Of a stretch of 64,000 nt of DNA, positions 39,310-49,506 are shown one piece after another. Within the stretch, counting starts at the first letter, position 1, and every line of letters starts with the position of its first letter. Both the position numbers and the translations under genes were made by a program. Location: NCBI GenBank assembly GCA_011390785.1, contig JAABRR010000018.1, positions 13,208-77,207 on the forward strand, given 5' to 3'. This DNA comes from Sphingobacteriia bacterium. GTDB taxonomy: Bacteria > Bacteroidota > Bacteroidia > Bacteroidales > UBA7960. The notes below the pieces were generated by a model. That model saw only the letters and a list, made by a program, of their open reading frames with translations. It was not told the origin of the DNA and did no database searches.

Positions 39310-39693
39310 ATGAAAGCAATAGCAAAAATTACCACCGCAGCAGCAATGATCATCCTTTTTACCAATGTTTCCATGGGAGGTTCCTTCCAAAAATTCAAAA
39401 TGTTTATTAATGACAGCAGAGCAGTTGAGGTTTGGTCGAAGGTAGAATCTGTTGTTGATGATAACATGATTTTACTAAACGTGGGTGTAAGCAAACAAGG
39501 AAGAAATGTTTCTGATGTTTTATTCGTACCCGTAAAAGAAGAAATGCCAGTAAATGAAGATTTGGTAACTGATGAAACAAGGAATCTGAGAGTTTCTAAT
39601 GATGAGCTCAAAACTTTATTAAAGACCATCAGCAAACCAGAAGAGCTTGTTGAAGAAGCCTTTCTAAACGGTTCTGTGAGTTATACTAAATAA
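39310..39693 (+). CDS. Small exported hypothetical protein
   Basis: N-terminal signal peptide, A-rich start context, and its own terminator. Confidence 0.65.
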   Translation: MKAIAKITTAAAMIILFTNVSMGGSFQKFKMFINDSRAVEVWSKVESVVDDNMILLNVGVSKQGRNVSDVLFVPVKEEMPVNEDLVTDETRNLRVSNDELKTLLKTISKPEELVEEAFLNGSVSYTK

Positions 39694-39724
39694 TCCACAA
39701 TAAATACCAAATGCAACCATGATG

Positions 39725-39757
39725 AAAGAACCTGTCTTATGGCAGGTTTTTTCTTTT
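39725..39757 (+). terminator. Intrinsic terminator
   Basis: AACCTGTC-TTAT-GGCAGGTT followed by TTTTCTTTT. Confidence 0.75.
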
Positions 39758-39902
39758 CTGTGCTGTAACCTTTTCAAAACTTATTAACTTTAATCTTTGT
39801 TATTTGATATTCTATTATAAATAAATTCAGATGTTTTCTTTCAGTTTTTTATTAATGATAACTATAACAGAATTAAAGTTTACTCAGTTAAAATGATATC
39901 CC

Positions 39903-40331
39903 ATGAACATTATGAATTCAATTATTAAGAGTCTCCTTCTTGCTACTATGGTTATTTTAATTTCCTGCGAAAAAGATGAAGAGGTATCGGAGCGTTTCAG
40001 ATTGCTTACAGATAATTTATGGACATCAGATAGTTTACTCATCAATGGGTTAGATGCCAGTGGGCCTGGAGAACTTTTAGAAAATTTTAAAGGACAGGCA
40101 AATTTCCGTGAAGATGGCACCGGTTCTTTTGGTGGTTATGAAGGTACCTGGCGTTTTGCCAATAGTGAAAAAGAATTGGTAATCCTTTCTGATAGTCTTC
40201 CTGTTCCACAGTTAAGTACCAACATTTTGGAATTATCGCAGGAGTCTTTAAAAGTAACTACTTCTTTCCCCAATTTTCAAGACCCATCCAATCCCATCCT
40301 GCAAATCCGGCTTACATTTAAAGCGCTATAA
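39903..40331 (+). CDS. Lipocalin-like lipoprotein
   Basis: Lipobox LISC; LLT...W, F.EDGTG and GTWRF motifs of Bacteroidota lipocalin-like domains. Confidence 0.65.
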   Translation: MNIMNSIIKSLLLATMVILISCEKDEEVSERFRLLTDNLWTSDSLLINGLDASGPGELLENFKGQANFREDGTGSFGGYEGTWRFANSEKELVILSDSLPVPQLSTNILELSQESLKVTTSFPNFQDPSNPILQIRLTFKAL

Positions 40332-42583
40332 TGAAAATCTGCCTGGTTGCCTTTTTATTCTCAGTTTTATTCTCAGTTTCTTATGGACAGCAGGCACTTG
40401 TTGGGGGTAAGGTAACTGATGCTTCTTCCGGAGAACCTTTACCGGGGGCTGGTATCATTTGGCAAACAGGGAGAGGCACTGTGAGTAATGAGAAGGGCAT
40501 CTTTAACCTTGATATTCCAGCGGGTGAGCAGGTAATTCAATTCCAATATCTGGGCTATAAGTCAAAGAGCGAAAAACTAATGCTTAACCCCGGAGATACC
40601 TTGTGGCTTTTGATTTACCTCGAGCAGGAATCTGCTCAAATTGATCAGGTTGTTGTAACTGCAGGCAGGGTATCACAAAGAGTGGCAGAATCAACAGTTT
40701 CTATGAGTATCATAAGGCCTGCACAAATTACTTCGGGGCACATCAATAATGCCCATGAATTGATAAATCGCAGCCCGGGTATCGAAGTAATTGATGGGCA
40801 GGCATCGGTGCGTGGAGGTAGTGGTTTCAGTTATGGCGCCGGATCGAGAGTATTAACACTTCTTGATGGGTTGCCTATATTAGCCGCAGATGCATCTAAT
40901 ATTCGTTGGCAATTTCTACCCTTCGAAAATATTGAACAAATCGAAATTATCAAAGGAGCTTCTTCCGTACTTTATGGCTCATCAGCGCTAAATGGGGTAA
41001 TCAATTTCAGAACAGCCAGGGCATCTGAAGCAGGAAAAACAACCTTTTTTGCTGAAACAGGTTTGTTTGACCAACCCAGAAATAAAGACTGGCAATGGTG
41101 GGAAAGTACTAATCCCAGATTATTTCATTCCGGTTCGTTTTCCCATATTAAAAAATACAATAATACAGATTTAGGAATAGGGTTGTTTGGTTTAAAGGAC
41201 GATGGATATAGAAGCCTTAATCATGAAAATCTGGCCCGCGTTAATCTAACACTCCGTCATGTCCACCCCAAAAAACAAGGACTTGAATATGGCATTAATA
41301 CTCTGGCAGGTTTTACTGATAAGAGAGACTTTCTGTTATGGGAAAATGCCTTAACCGGCGCCTTGCGACAAAATGATTCAACGGCTATCAATCTCAAAAG
41401 CATCTTTATTGCTATAGATCCCTTTTTCAGCTTTGATTCCGGAGGTATGATCAATCATAACCTGCGCACCCGATTTCAAATGAGCGATAATAAATTTCCT
41501 GATGCACCCAACAATGAAAGCCTTGCGTTATCATCTTTTGCCGAATATCAGGCACTGATTAAGCTTCCCTACGGATTTAACATTAACACTGGAATTTCTC
41601 AATACATTTCTCGGGTAAAGTCTCTTTTTTATGGTAATCATTCAGCCTATAATCTGGCAGCCTACTCGCAGGCCGATGCAAAGGTAAATAAAAAAATGAC
41701 CATTGTTGGCGGTGTAAGGCTGGAATTCAACAGCCTTAATGGTGTTGCAGATAGGCTTATTCCATTGTTTAGAGCCGGAATTAATTACATGGCTTTAAGT
41801 TATACATTTTTAAGAGCTTCTTATGGACAGGGCTACAGGTATCCTTCTATAGCCGAAAAACACGCTTCTACCACCTTAGGAGCCATTAGAATATTTCCTA
41901 ATTCTGAGATAAAACCAGAATCTGGATGGAATGCAGAGTTGGGTATAAAACAAGGAATCGCTTTTAAACAGTGGGATGGATTGCTGGATTTGGCTATATT
42001 TTATTCGCAAAATAAGGATATGATTGAGTATCTATTCGGTGTTTACCCTGACCAGGTTTCTGGGTTGTCGATGCCGGGTTTCAGGGCTGATAATACTGAA
42101 TACTCAAGAGTTTACGGAACCGAAACAGAATTTATGTTTATCAGGAATTTTAACAATTATGAGCATACCTTTAGTGGAGGCTATCTGTTTGTTTGGCCAG
42201 TAGAGTTTAATTATGCTACTGGTCTCAATAAAGATGTTTTCTTAAAATACAGGCGCAAACACTCGACTCGCATAAGTTTTCAAACCCGAAAAGGGGATAT
42301 CGAAACAGGAACTAATATTTTTTACCGGTCTGCTATGCTGAATATAGACGATGTGTTTGTGAACCCTGGCACACGTGAAACTATTCTTCCGGGATTTTAT
42401 GATTATTGGCAGAAAAAAAACACCGGTTATTTTTTGATGGATATTAACATTGGGTATTACATAAGCAAATTTTATAAGGTTTCATTGGTGGTAAAAAATG
42501 TAACAAATACTGAATATATGGGCAGGCCCGGGGATGTAAGGCCACACAGGAATTTTACTCTTAGAATAAGTGGGATGTTTTAA
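40331..42583 (+). CDS. TonB-dependent receptor with an N-terminal CarboxypepD_reg-like domain (not SusC type)
   Basis: GKVTDASSGEPLPGA, VVVTAGR, plug IEQIEIIKGASSVLYGSSALNGVIN, KPESGWNAELG, and a terminal Phe. Confidence 0.9.
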   Translation: MKICLVAFLFSVLFSVSYGQQALVGGKVTDASSGEPLPGAGIIWQTGRGTVSNEKGIFNLDIPAGEQVIQFQYLGYKSKSEKLMLNPGDTLWLLIYLEQESAQIDQVVVTAGRVSQRVAESTVSMSIIRPAQITSGHINNAHELINRSPGIEVIDGQASVRGGSGFSYGAGSRVLTLLDGLPILAADASNIRWQFLPFENIEQIEIIKGASSVLYGSSALNGVINFRTARASEAGKTTFFAETGLFDQPRNKDWQWWESTNPRLFHSGSFSHIKKYNNTDLGIGLFGLKDDGYRSLNHENLARVNLTLRHVHPKKQGLEYGINTLAGFTDKRDFLLWENALTGALRQNDSTAINLKSIFIAIDPFFSFDSGGMINHNLRTRFQMSDNKFPDAPNNESLALSSFAEYQALIKLPYGFNINTGISQYISRVKSLFYGNHSAYNLAAYSQADAKVNKKMTIVGGVRLEFNSLNGVADRLIPLFRAGINYMALSYTFLRASYGQGYRYPSIAEKHASTTLGAIRIFPNSEIKPESGWNAELGIKQGIAFKQWDGLLDLAIFYSQNKDMIEYLFGVYPDQVSGLSMPGFRADNTEYSRVYGTETEFMFIRNFNNYEHTFSGGYLFVWPVEFNYATGLNKDVFLKYRRKHSTRISFQTRKGDIETGTNIFYRSAMLNIDDVFVNPGTRETILPGFYDYWQKKNTGYFLMDINIGYYISKFYKVSLVVKNVTNTEYMGRPGDVRPHRNFTLRISGMF

Positions 42584-42658
42584 TTTCATGATTTTTCGCT
42601 AAATTTGTTGCAGCATTTTTCTGAATTTCTATACAATACAATAGATAAAAATTTCAAT

Positions 42659-43051
42659 ATGAGTAAATTTACTCTCCTTTTTTTGGCTATTGCCTTTGTG
42701 GCCTCTTTTAATTCTTGTTCCAAAAGCAAGAATGATCTGTTAAAAGGTTCCTGGGAACGGGTGAATGTTGAAAACATTAACGACATTTACATGTATGTGT
42801 GGGAGTTTAACAACGGTGATCTTACCATGAAGAGAAATCCAAAAACAGATCCTGGTTCTGTGACAATTACCGATACAGGAATCTACGTTCTCGAAACCAA
42901 TCCCGTAGGTACAAAATTGCAAATTATTGACACTTCGAGTGAGCTATATAATGATCGTTGGGACGTTTTAAAGCTCACCAATGAGCAAATGATCATTAAG
43001 CTTGATATAGAAGGAGGAGTATTGTATAAGGAGTTTGTGAAAATATTTTGA
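42659..43051 (+). CDS. Lipocalin-like lipoprotein
   Basis: Probable start MSKF at 42659; lipobox FNSC; LKGSW and W.VLKLT..QM motifs. Confidence 0.6.
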   Translation: MSKFTLLFLAIAFVASFNSCSKSKNDLLKGSWERVNVENINDIYMYVWEFNNGDLTMKRNPKTDPGSVTITDTGIYVLETNPVGTKLQIIDTSSELYNDRWDVLKLTNEQMIIKLDIEGGVLYKEFVKIF

Positions 43052-43099
43052 CAGGATTAAAAACTTTTAGTAATTTTAAAGCCTTGTTTTCATGGTTGC

Positions 43100-43150
43100 A
43101 AAGGGAAAACCCTCTAAGCTTTTAAGCCAACGGTTTTCCCTTTCTCTTTT
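43100..43150 (+). terminator. Terminator-like hairpin immediately upstream of radA
   Basis: AAAGGGAAAACC / GGTTTTCCCTTT perfect 12-bp stem, 20-nt loop, then CTCTTTT. Confidence 0.65.
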
Positions 43151-43164
43151 ATATCCCTTCCTAA

Positions 43165-44532
43165 ATGGCCAAAGTAAAGACAGCATTTTTTTGTCAGGAA
43201 TGTGGTGCCCAATCAGCTAAATGGATTGGCAAATGCCCATCTTGTGGCGAATGGAATACCTATGTTGAAGAAGTAATCGAGAAACCAACTCCAGGAAATT
43301 CCTTAAGAGCCAGTCAAAAACTGGCAACTTCCAGGCCGCGATTAATTGCAGATATTGAAGCCCGTGAAGAACAACGTTTTACTTCGGCTAATAAAGAGCT
43401 TGATCGTGTTTTGGGTGGTGGTATCGTTCCCGGTGCCCTGATTTTAGTTGGGGGCGAACCTGGCATCGGAAAATCTACTCTTATGCTGCAGGTTGCCTTA
43501 AATATTCCGAATAAAAAGGTACTTTACATTTCAGGCGAGGAGAGCGACCTGCAAATTAAAATGCGTGCCCAACGGTTGGGACTTACCGATTCGAACTGCT
43601 ATATTCTTACCGAAACCAATACCGAAACCATTTTTCATCATATTAACGATGTAAACCCTGATCTTTTGGTTATTGATTCTGTTCAAACCCTTACTACCCC
43701 AAGTATTGAATCCTCGGCCGGTAGTATTTCACAAATAAGGGAGTGTTCTTCTGAGTTTCAGAAATTTTCGAAAGAGAATGGCATCCCGGTTTTTCTTATA
43801 GGGCATATTACCAAAGAAGGATCGCTGGCAGGGCCTAAACTTCTGGAGCACATGGTAGATACCGTATTACAGTTTGAAGGCGATCACAATCACATGTACC
43901 GGATATTACGTTCGCAGAAGAACCGCTTTGGTTCAACCTCGGAACTGGGTATTTTTGAAATGCGCAACGATGGGCTGAGGGAAGTATCCAATCCATCAGA
44001 AATATTACTTACCCATCGCGATGAGCCAATGAGTGGAATTACCGTTTCTGCTACTATTGAAGGAATGCGGCCCATTATGATCGAAACTCAGGCACTCATA
44101 AGCACTGCAGCCTACGGGACGCCGCAAAGATCATCAACCGGTTTTGATGTAAGACGCTTAAATATGCTCCTGGCCGTTCTCGAGAAAAGATGTGGTTTCC
44201 GGCTTAGCATTAAAGATGTTTTTCTGAATATTACCGGCGGTTTGCGGGTTGACGACCCAGCTATTGACCTGGGAGTGATCTGTGCTATTCTCTCCTCATC
44301 AGAAGATGTTGCGGTGAGCGATAAGGCTTGCTTTGCTGCCGAAGTTGGACTTACAGGAGAAATTCGGCCTGTTAATAGGATTGAACAACGTATTGCCGAA
44401 GCACAGAAACTGGGGTTCGAAGAAATTTTCATCTCCAGGTATAGCCTGAAGGGGATCGATGTTAAATCATTGGGAATCAAGATTCATTCAGTTGCTAAAG
44501 TGGAAGAAGTATTCTCTATTCTTTTTGGCTAA
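43165..44532 (+). CDS. radA: DNA repair protein RadA/Sms
   Basis: C4 zinc finger, GGEPGIGKSTL, KNRFG and a Lon-like C-terminus. Confidence 0.98.
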   Translation: MAKVKTAFFCQECGAQSAKWIGKCPSCGEWNTYVEEVIEKPTPGNSLRASQKLATSRPRLIADIEAREEQRFTSANKELDRVLGGGIVPGALILVGGEPGIGKSTLMLQVALNIPNKKVLYISGEESDLQIKMRAQRLGLTDSNCYILTETNTETIFHHINDVNPDLLVIDSVQTLTTPSIESSAGSISQIRECSSEFQKFSKENGIPVFLIGHITKEGSLAGPKLLEHMVDTVLQFEGDHNHMYRILRSQKNRFGSTSELGIFEMRNDGLREVSNPSEILLTHRDEPMSGITVSATIEGMRPIMIETQALISTAAYGTPQRSSTGFDVRRLNMLLAVLEKRCGFRLSIKDVFLNITGGLRVDDPAIDLGVICAILSSSEDVAVSDKACFAAEVGLTGEIRPVNRIEQRIAEAQKLGFEEIFISRYSLKGIDVKSLGIKIHSVAKVEEVFSILFG

Positions 44533-44793
44533 ATTTTCCGGATTATTAAAGGCATACCTAGCCATTTAAAAAATCATTAACTGTTAAGGTATATAGGCTG
44601 TAGAGTGATAGAGTTTAGGAATTCACCAGATATTATTAATCCAAGTGTAGTTCAACCTGCTGACGAAGCATATTTTAATAAAAATATCTAATGAGAAAGA
44701 GTGTCAGGTGCATAAAATAGATTTTTTTCAATATTCAAAAAGCCTTCGGCATTCAGCCTAAATAATCTGAGTAGTTGCGAAAATCATTGTCTC

Positions 44794-45654
44794 CTAATGG
44801 TTTACCAGTAAATCTTCCAAAGCTTTATCCAGCGCAGGAAATTCAAACTGAAATCCTTCATTAAGCAAATTTTCCGGAATTACATTTTGACCATTAAGCA
44901 AAGCAACTGAACCTTCACCAAATAAGAGCTTTATTGCCAAACCAGGTACAGCAAGTAAATTGGGCCGGTTCAGTTTTCGGGCAAGAACAGATGAAAACTC
45001 AGCGTTAGAAACCGGAAACGGTGCAGTAAAATTAAATACTTTTTTATCAGGAAGTTTCATAATTAGAAAATCCATAGCTTTCACAAAATCTTTGATATGT
45101 ATCCAGGAAGTCATCTGATGTCCATTTCCTAATTTTCCACCAACAAAAAGCTTAAAGGGAAGTGCCATTTGTGGCAGGGCACCACCATTTTTTCCCAGCA
45201 CAATACCAATGCGAATGTTATATGTTGCCGAGTGTATTCTTGCTCTTTGAGATTCTTCTTCCCATTTTTGACAAAGCAAACCCAGAAAATCATTATCGAA
45301 AGTATTTTTTTCTTCCGTATTTATTCCATGCCTATCGTAAATCCCAACAGCTGAAGCAGAAAAAAAAGCCTTAGGCTTTTCATGGGTTACTGCAATTGCA
45401 TCAGTTAACTGGCGGGTGGTAATAATCCGACTATCCCAGAGTTTTTTACTGTAACTTTTAGTCCATCTTTTAATTATAGGTGCTCCTGCAAGATTGATTA
45501 GCACATCGGATCCTGAAATTAATGTTGCCAAATGCGAAATACCTTTTTCAAAATCGGTTCTTCCTATTCCTGAAACTTCATAACCCTTTTTCGAAAAATA
45601 TGAGGTAAGATTTTTACCTATAAACCCTGTTTTACCAGAAATTACTATTTTCAT
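44794..45654 (-). CDS. TIGR01777-family NAD-dependent epimerase/oxidoreductase
   Basis: ISGKTGFIG, INLAGA, SASAVGIY, LCQKWE, WIHIKD and GFQFEFP motifs. Confidence 0.9.
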   Translation of the reverse strand: MKIVISGKTGFIGKNLTSYFSKKGYEVSGIGRTDFEKGISHLATLISGSDVLINLAGAPIIKRWTKSYSKKLWDSRIITTRQLTDAIAVTHEKPKAFFSASAVGIYDRHGINTEEKNTFDNDFLGLLCQKWEEESQRARIHSATYNIRIGIVLGKNGGALPQMALPFKLFVGGKLGNGHQMTSWIHIKDFVKAMDFLIMKLPDKKVFNFTAPFPVSNAEFSSVLARKLNRPNLLAVPGLAIKLLFGEGSVALLNGQNVIPENLLNEGFQFEFPALDKALEDLLVNH

Positions 45655-45763
45655 TACAACCCTATTTTAATCTATTTTTTATGAAGCCAAACAATAGTTT
45701 GGTGCTTTTGTTTAAGATTGCTAATAGGATGATATGTAAAACATATCGAATATTTTTTACATC

Positions 45764-45790
45764 TGTAATAATAAAAAATTTCCGGCGTCT
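45764..45790 (+). promoter_or_regulatory. ECF-type promoter of the TolC-MFP operon
   Basis: TGTAAT-N16-CGTCT, similar to the site upstream of the ECF gene. Confidence 0.4.
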
Positions 45791-45865
45791 TATTGAATTG
45801 CACTTATCAAGCTGTTTAACCTATTGCCCAATCATATAAAAAATTCAACCAAAAAATCTCACCTT

Positions 45866-47302
45866 ATGCATAACAGAATTTTGATTATTTTTCTGATACT
45901 TGTAATTCTAAGTGCTTTATCTGCGAAAGTGACCATTGCACAATCTTACACAGATTACACCCTTGAACAATGTATAGATCAGGCTTGGTCAAATAATCTT
46001 CAGTTGCAACAACAAAAGCTATCAGTAGATCTGGCAGAGCAGAATCTTCTCCAGAGTCGGGCTTCAAGGTTTCCCAATTTAAATGGTAGTGCAGGCCATT
46101 CTTACAATTTTGGACGAACTGTTGATCCTTTTACCAACGATTTTGCTACTGAAACAGTACGTTCAAATAATTTCAGCCTTTCCAGCGGGTTCAATCTTTT
46201 TAGTGGTTTGCAAGTGCAAAATACCATTAAACAAAACCGTTTGGATCTGGAAGCCGGAAAACTTGATCTGGAATCCAGCTATAACGACGTTGCTCTGTTG
46301 GTTTCATCTGCCTATCTGCAAATACTTTTCAATCTTGAATTGGTTGAAAATGCAGCGAACCAAGCAGATATAACACGTTTACAGGTAGAAAGAACTACCA
46401 AGCTGGTTGATGCAGGAACACTTCCCCGAGGTTCTCTTTTTACCATACAGGCGCAATTGGCAACCGAAGAATTACAATTGGTGAATGCACAAAACCAGTT
46501 AGACCTTGCTTATCTTAATCTCCGGCAAATACTATTCCTACCAGAAGATGTTGAATTTACCATAGCTGTTCCTGAGATTGAAATGAATGAGACTGAAGAT
46601 TCTCCCTATTCACCCATGCTGGTATATGGTATTGCGGTACAGGAGCAACCACAAATAAGGTCAGCGGAGCTGCGTATTATGAGTGCAGAAAAAGGTCTTG
46701 CGGTGGCCAAAGGGAGCAGAAGCCCTTCTTTATCTATGAGAGGATCAATTGGTACCGGATATTCGGGAGCCAGCCTTGAAATTACTGATGTAATAATGAC
46801 AGATCCGGAAGTAATTGGACTAACAGCTTCGGGAGAGCAGGTTTTTGGACCAACCTTTGAATTTCAATCAAGGATCAAACCATTTAATGATCAGCTCTCG
46901 GATAACCTGAACCGAAGCCTGGGCTTTTTTCTAAGTGTTCCCATTTTTAACAATTTCCAGGTAAAAACCAATATAAGTCGTTCGCGTATCAATCTGGAAA
47001 ACGCAAGACTTCAAAACCAGATAGTTCGTGAGCAACTCTTTCAAACCATACAACAGGCTCATGCTGACGCAACCGCTGCTCTTAAACGCTACACTGCCAC
47101 TGAAAAAAATGTAACGGCACTTCAGGAATCTTTTCGTTATACAGAGCAAAGATTTAACGTGGGAATGGTAAATTCTCTTGAATATAATGATGCCAAAAAC
47201 CGTTTATCAACAGCAGAATCAGAGCTTCTGCAATCAAAATATGAATTCATTTTCCGGGTAAAAATCCTGGATTTCTATATGGGTGAACCCCTCTCATTTT
47301 AA
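45866..47302 (+). CDS. TolC-family outer-membrane efflux protein
   Basis: Probable start MHNRIL at 45866; TLEQCI..A..NN, two OEP repeats, and LSVPIFN. Confidence 0.92.
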   Translation: MHNRILIIFLILVILSALSAKVTIAQSYTDYTLEQCIDQAWSNNLQLQQQKLSVDLAEQNLLQSRASRFPNLNGSAGHSYNFGRTVDPFTNDFATETVRSNNFSLSSGFNLFSGLQVQNTIKQNRLDLEAGKLDLESSYNDVALLVSSAYLQILFNLELVENAANQADITRLQVERTTKLVDAGTLPRGSLFTIQAQLATEELQLVNAQNQLDLAYLNLRQILFLPEDVEFTIAVPEIEMNETEDSPYSPMLVYGIAVQEQPQIRSAELRIMSAEKGLAVAKGSRSPSLSMRGSIGTGYSGASLEITDVIMTDPEVIGLTASGEQVFGPTFEFQSRIKPFNDQLSDNLNRSLGFFLSVPIFNNFQVKTNISRSRINLENARLQNQIVREQLFQTIQQAHADATAALKRYTATEKNVTALQESFRYTEQRFNVGMVNSLEYNDAKNRLSTAESELLQSKYEFIFRVKILDFYMGEPLSF

Positions 47303-47341
47303 TAAAACTAAATTTTAAGTAGCTAAACAGACCTATAAACT

Positions 47342-48685
47342 ATGAAGCAGAAAAGGATTTTAATATTAGCGAGCATCATTATTGTAATTTTACTTGTGAT
47401 AGTTCTTGTTGGGCGCAAGGCTGGATGGATCGGGGAACCCGCAGGGATTAAAGTAACTGTGGAAGCCATACAAAACCGCACCATTATAGAAACTGTAACC
47501 TCAAACGGTAAAGTGCAACCCGTTACTGAAGTAAAAATCAGCCCCGACGTTTCAGGAGAAATTGTGGAGCTACTGGTTAATGAAGGCGATTTTGTGCAGA
47601 AAGGGAGTATGCTGGTAAGGATTAATCCCGAAATTTACATGTCAGCACTTGATCGTGTTGAAGCTTCACTTAATACCAGTAAAGCCAATCTTGCCAATTC
47701 CAGGGCTCGTAAAGCCCAGGCCGAAGCTCAATTTATTAATGCTGAAGCAGCATTTAACAGAAGCAAAACACTCTATGAGCAGGATGCTATCTCCGAATCG
47801 GAGTTTGATTCTGCCCGGTCACAATTTCTTGTTGCCAAGGCTGAGGTGGAAGCAGGGAGTCAAAGTGTTGTTGCGGCTCAGTTTCAGGTACAAAGTGCTG
47901 AAGCTACACTGCGGGAGGCCCGGGAGAATCTTACCAAAACAAATATTTATGCGCCCATGGATGGAACGATTTCCCGACTGGATGCCGAACTCGGGGAAAG
48001 GGTAGTAGGGACATCACAATTTGCCGGTACCGAAATATTACGCATCGCCAATCTTAACGAAATGGAAGTATTGGTAGAAGTTAATGAAAATGATATTATC
48101 CGGGTTAATGAAGGAGATACTGCACTTATCGAAATTGATGCATATTTTAATCAACAATTCAAAGGTGTGGTAACTTCCATAGCCAACTCGGCACTCAACC
48201 AGATGGCTTCCGTTGATCAGGTAACCAATTTTGAAGTAAAAATAAAAATGTTGCCCGAGTCCTATGAACATCTTCTTCGCCCCGATCAACCTCATCTGTC
48301 ACCCTTCCGTCCGGGTATGTCGGCATCTGTAGATATTCAGACAGAAACAGCATACGATGTGTTAAGTATTCCTATTCAGGCAGTAACAACTCGAACAGAC
48401 GAAGAAAAAAACGAAACAGACTCACTATCTCAACAAGAAAACATTGTAAGTACAGGTACCCTGAGTAAAAAAGTACAGGAATTTGTGTTTGTGTACAACG
48501 AAGATGGTACAGTTACCCTTACCGCTGTAGAATCAGGTATTCAGGATAGTAACTTTATTCAGATTATATCAGGGCTTAATGTTGATGATGAAGTAGTTAC
48601 AGGACCATTCAGAGCCGTTTCGCGAAGTTTAAATGATGGAGACGTTGTTGAGAAAACAGAACGGGAGAATCTATTTTCGGAATAG
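47342..48685 (+). CDS. Efflux periplasmic adaptor (MacA/HlyD-like MFP)
   Basis: N-terminal transmembrane helix, lipoyl halves (VSGEIVELLVNEGD; IYAPMDGTI), coiled coil, and RPGMSASV. Confidence 0.92.
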   Translation: MKQKRILILASIIIVILLVIVLVGRKAGWIGEPAGIKVTVEAIQNRTIIETVTSNGKVQPVTEVKISPDVSGEIVELLVNEGDFVQKGSMLVRINPEIYMSALDRVEASLNTSKANLANSRARKAQAEAQFINAEAAFNRSKTLYEQDAISESEFDSARSQFLVAKAEVEAGSQSVVAAQFQVQSAEATLREARENLTKTNIYAPMDGTISRLDAELGERVVGTSQFAGTEILRIANLNEMEVLVEVNENDIIRVNEGDTALIEIDAYFNQQFKGVVTSIANSALNQMASVDQVTNFEVKIKMLPESYEHLLRPDQPHLSPFRPGMSASVDIQTETAYDVLSIPIQAVTTRTDEEKNETDSLSQQENIVSTGTLSKKVQEFVFVYNEDGTVTLTAVESGIQDSNFIQIISGLNVDDEVVTGPFRAVSRSLNDGDVVEKTERENLFSE

Positions 48686-48748
48686 TGAATTATTGAATTG
48701 GTTGCGAAAAGTGTAATTTTGCATCTACTTTCATTAATTTTGCTTTCT

Positions 48749-49444
48749 ATGCCCAATATCCTGCTTATTGAAACAGCCACAAGTATATGTTCTGTAGGAG
48801 TAATAAACCAGCATCAAAAACTTGCCATCAGGGAAGATAAATCAATGGAATATTCACATTCTTCACAGCTTACTTCTTTTATTGAGTCTGCTATTAAAGA
48901 AGTTAACCTGAATTTCTCTAATCTCGATGCGGTTGCTGTAAGCATGGGGCCGGGTTCTTACACTGGCTTACGTATTGGTGTATCTGTAGCCAAAGGACTT
49001 TGCTACGGACTTGACATTCCTCTCATTGCCATCAATTCGCTCTATGGATTAGCCTTAGTAGCGAGAGAAAACATTTTCACCCAGTATGATTACTATATTC
49101 CCATGATTGATGCCCGGCGCATGGAAGTTTACAATGCCGTTTACGACAACCATCTGAATATCATTAGGGAAACGATGGCAGAAATCATTGATGCCAATTC
49201 CTTTTCTTCATTTTTACAAAATGGCACAATGTGTATATTTGGAGATGGGGCTGGCAAATGCAAAGAAACACTTTTGCATCCCAGGATATCGATTTCTGAA
49301 AATATTTATCCATCTGTTAGAGGCCTTATAAAACCCGCTCTAAAGAAATTTTCAGAAAAGGATTTTGTAGATGTTGCCTATTTTGAGCCTTTTTATCTCA
49401 AAAATTTTGTTGCCGGAAAACCCCGTGTTAAAGGGCTTGAATAA
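48749..49444 (+). CDS. tsaB: tRNA threonylcarbamoyladenosine biosynthesis protein TsaB
   Basis: Probable start MPNILLIETAT at 48749; GPGSYTGLRIG and IDARRMEVY motifs; TAATTTTG promoter at 48714-48721. Confidence 0.95.
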   Translation: MPNILLIETATSICSVGVINQHQKLAIREDKSMEYSHSSQLTSFIESAIKEVNLNFSNLDAVAVSMGPGSYTGLRIGVSVAKGLCYGLDIPLIAINSLYGLALVARENIFTQYDYYIPMIDARRMEVYNAVYDNHLNIIRETMAEIIDANSFSSFLQNGTMCIFGDGAGKCKETLLHPRISISENIYPSVRGLIKPALKKFSEKDFVDVAYFEPFYLKNFVAGKPRVKGLE

Positions 49445-49506
49445 ATGAATTTCAACTACCTTTACCATAATTTAATTATTAACTCCATTTCTATATTGCC
49501 GGCAAG

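Noticed and set aside
39800..39824. Fur-like box TTATTT-N13-AAATAA upstream of the TonB receptor operon
   Set aside because: The region is very AT-rich and the inner positions are not palindromic, so it is indistinguishable from chance.
40353..40376. 12-bp tandem duplication TTTTATTCTCAG x2 in the receptor signal peptide
   Set aside because: In-frame, only two copies, with no expected functional effect.
40331..42583. TonB receptor as the missing SusC of the glucan locus
   Set aside because: It is 30 kb away, only 750 aa, lacks SusC-type features and has no SusD neighbour.
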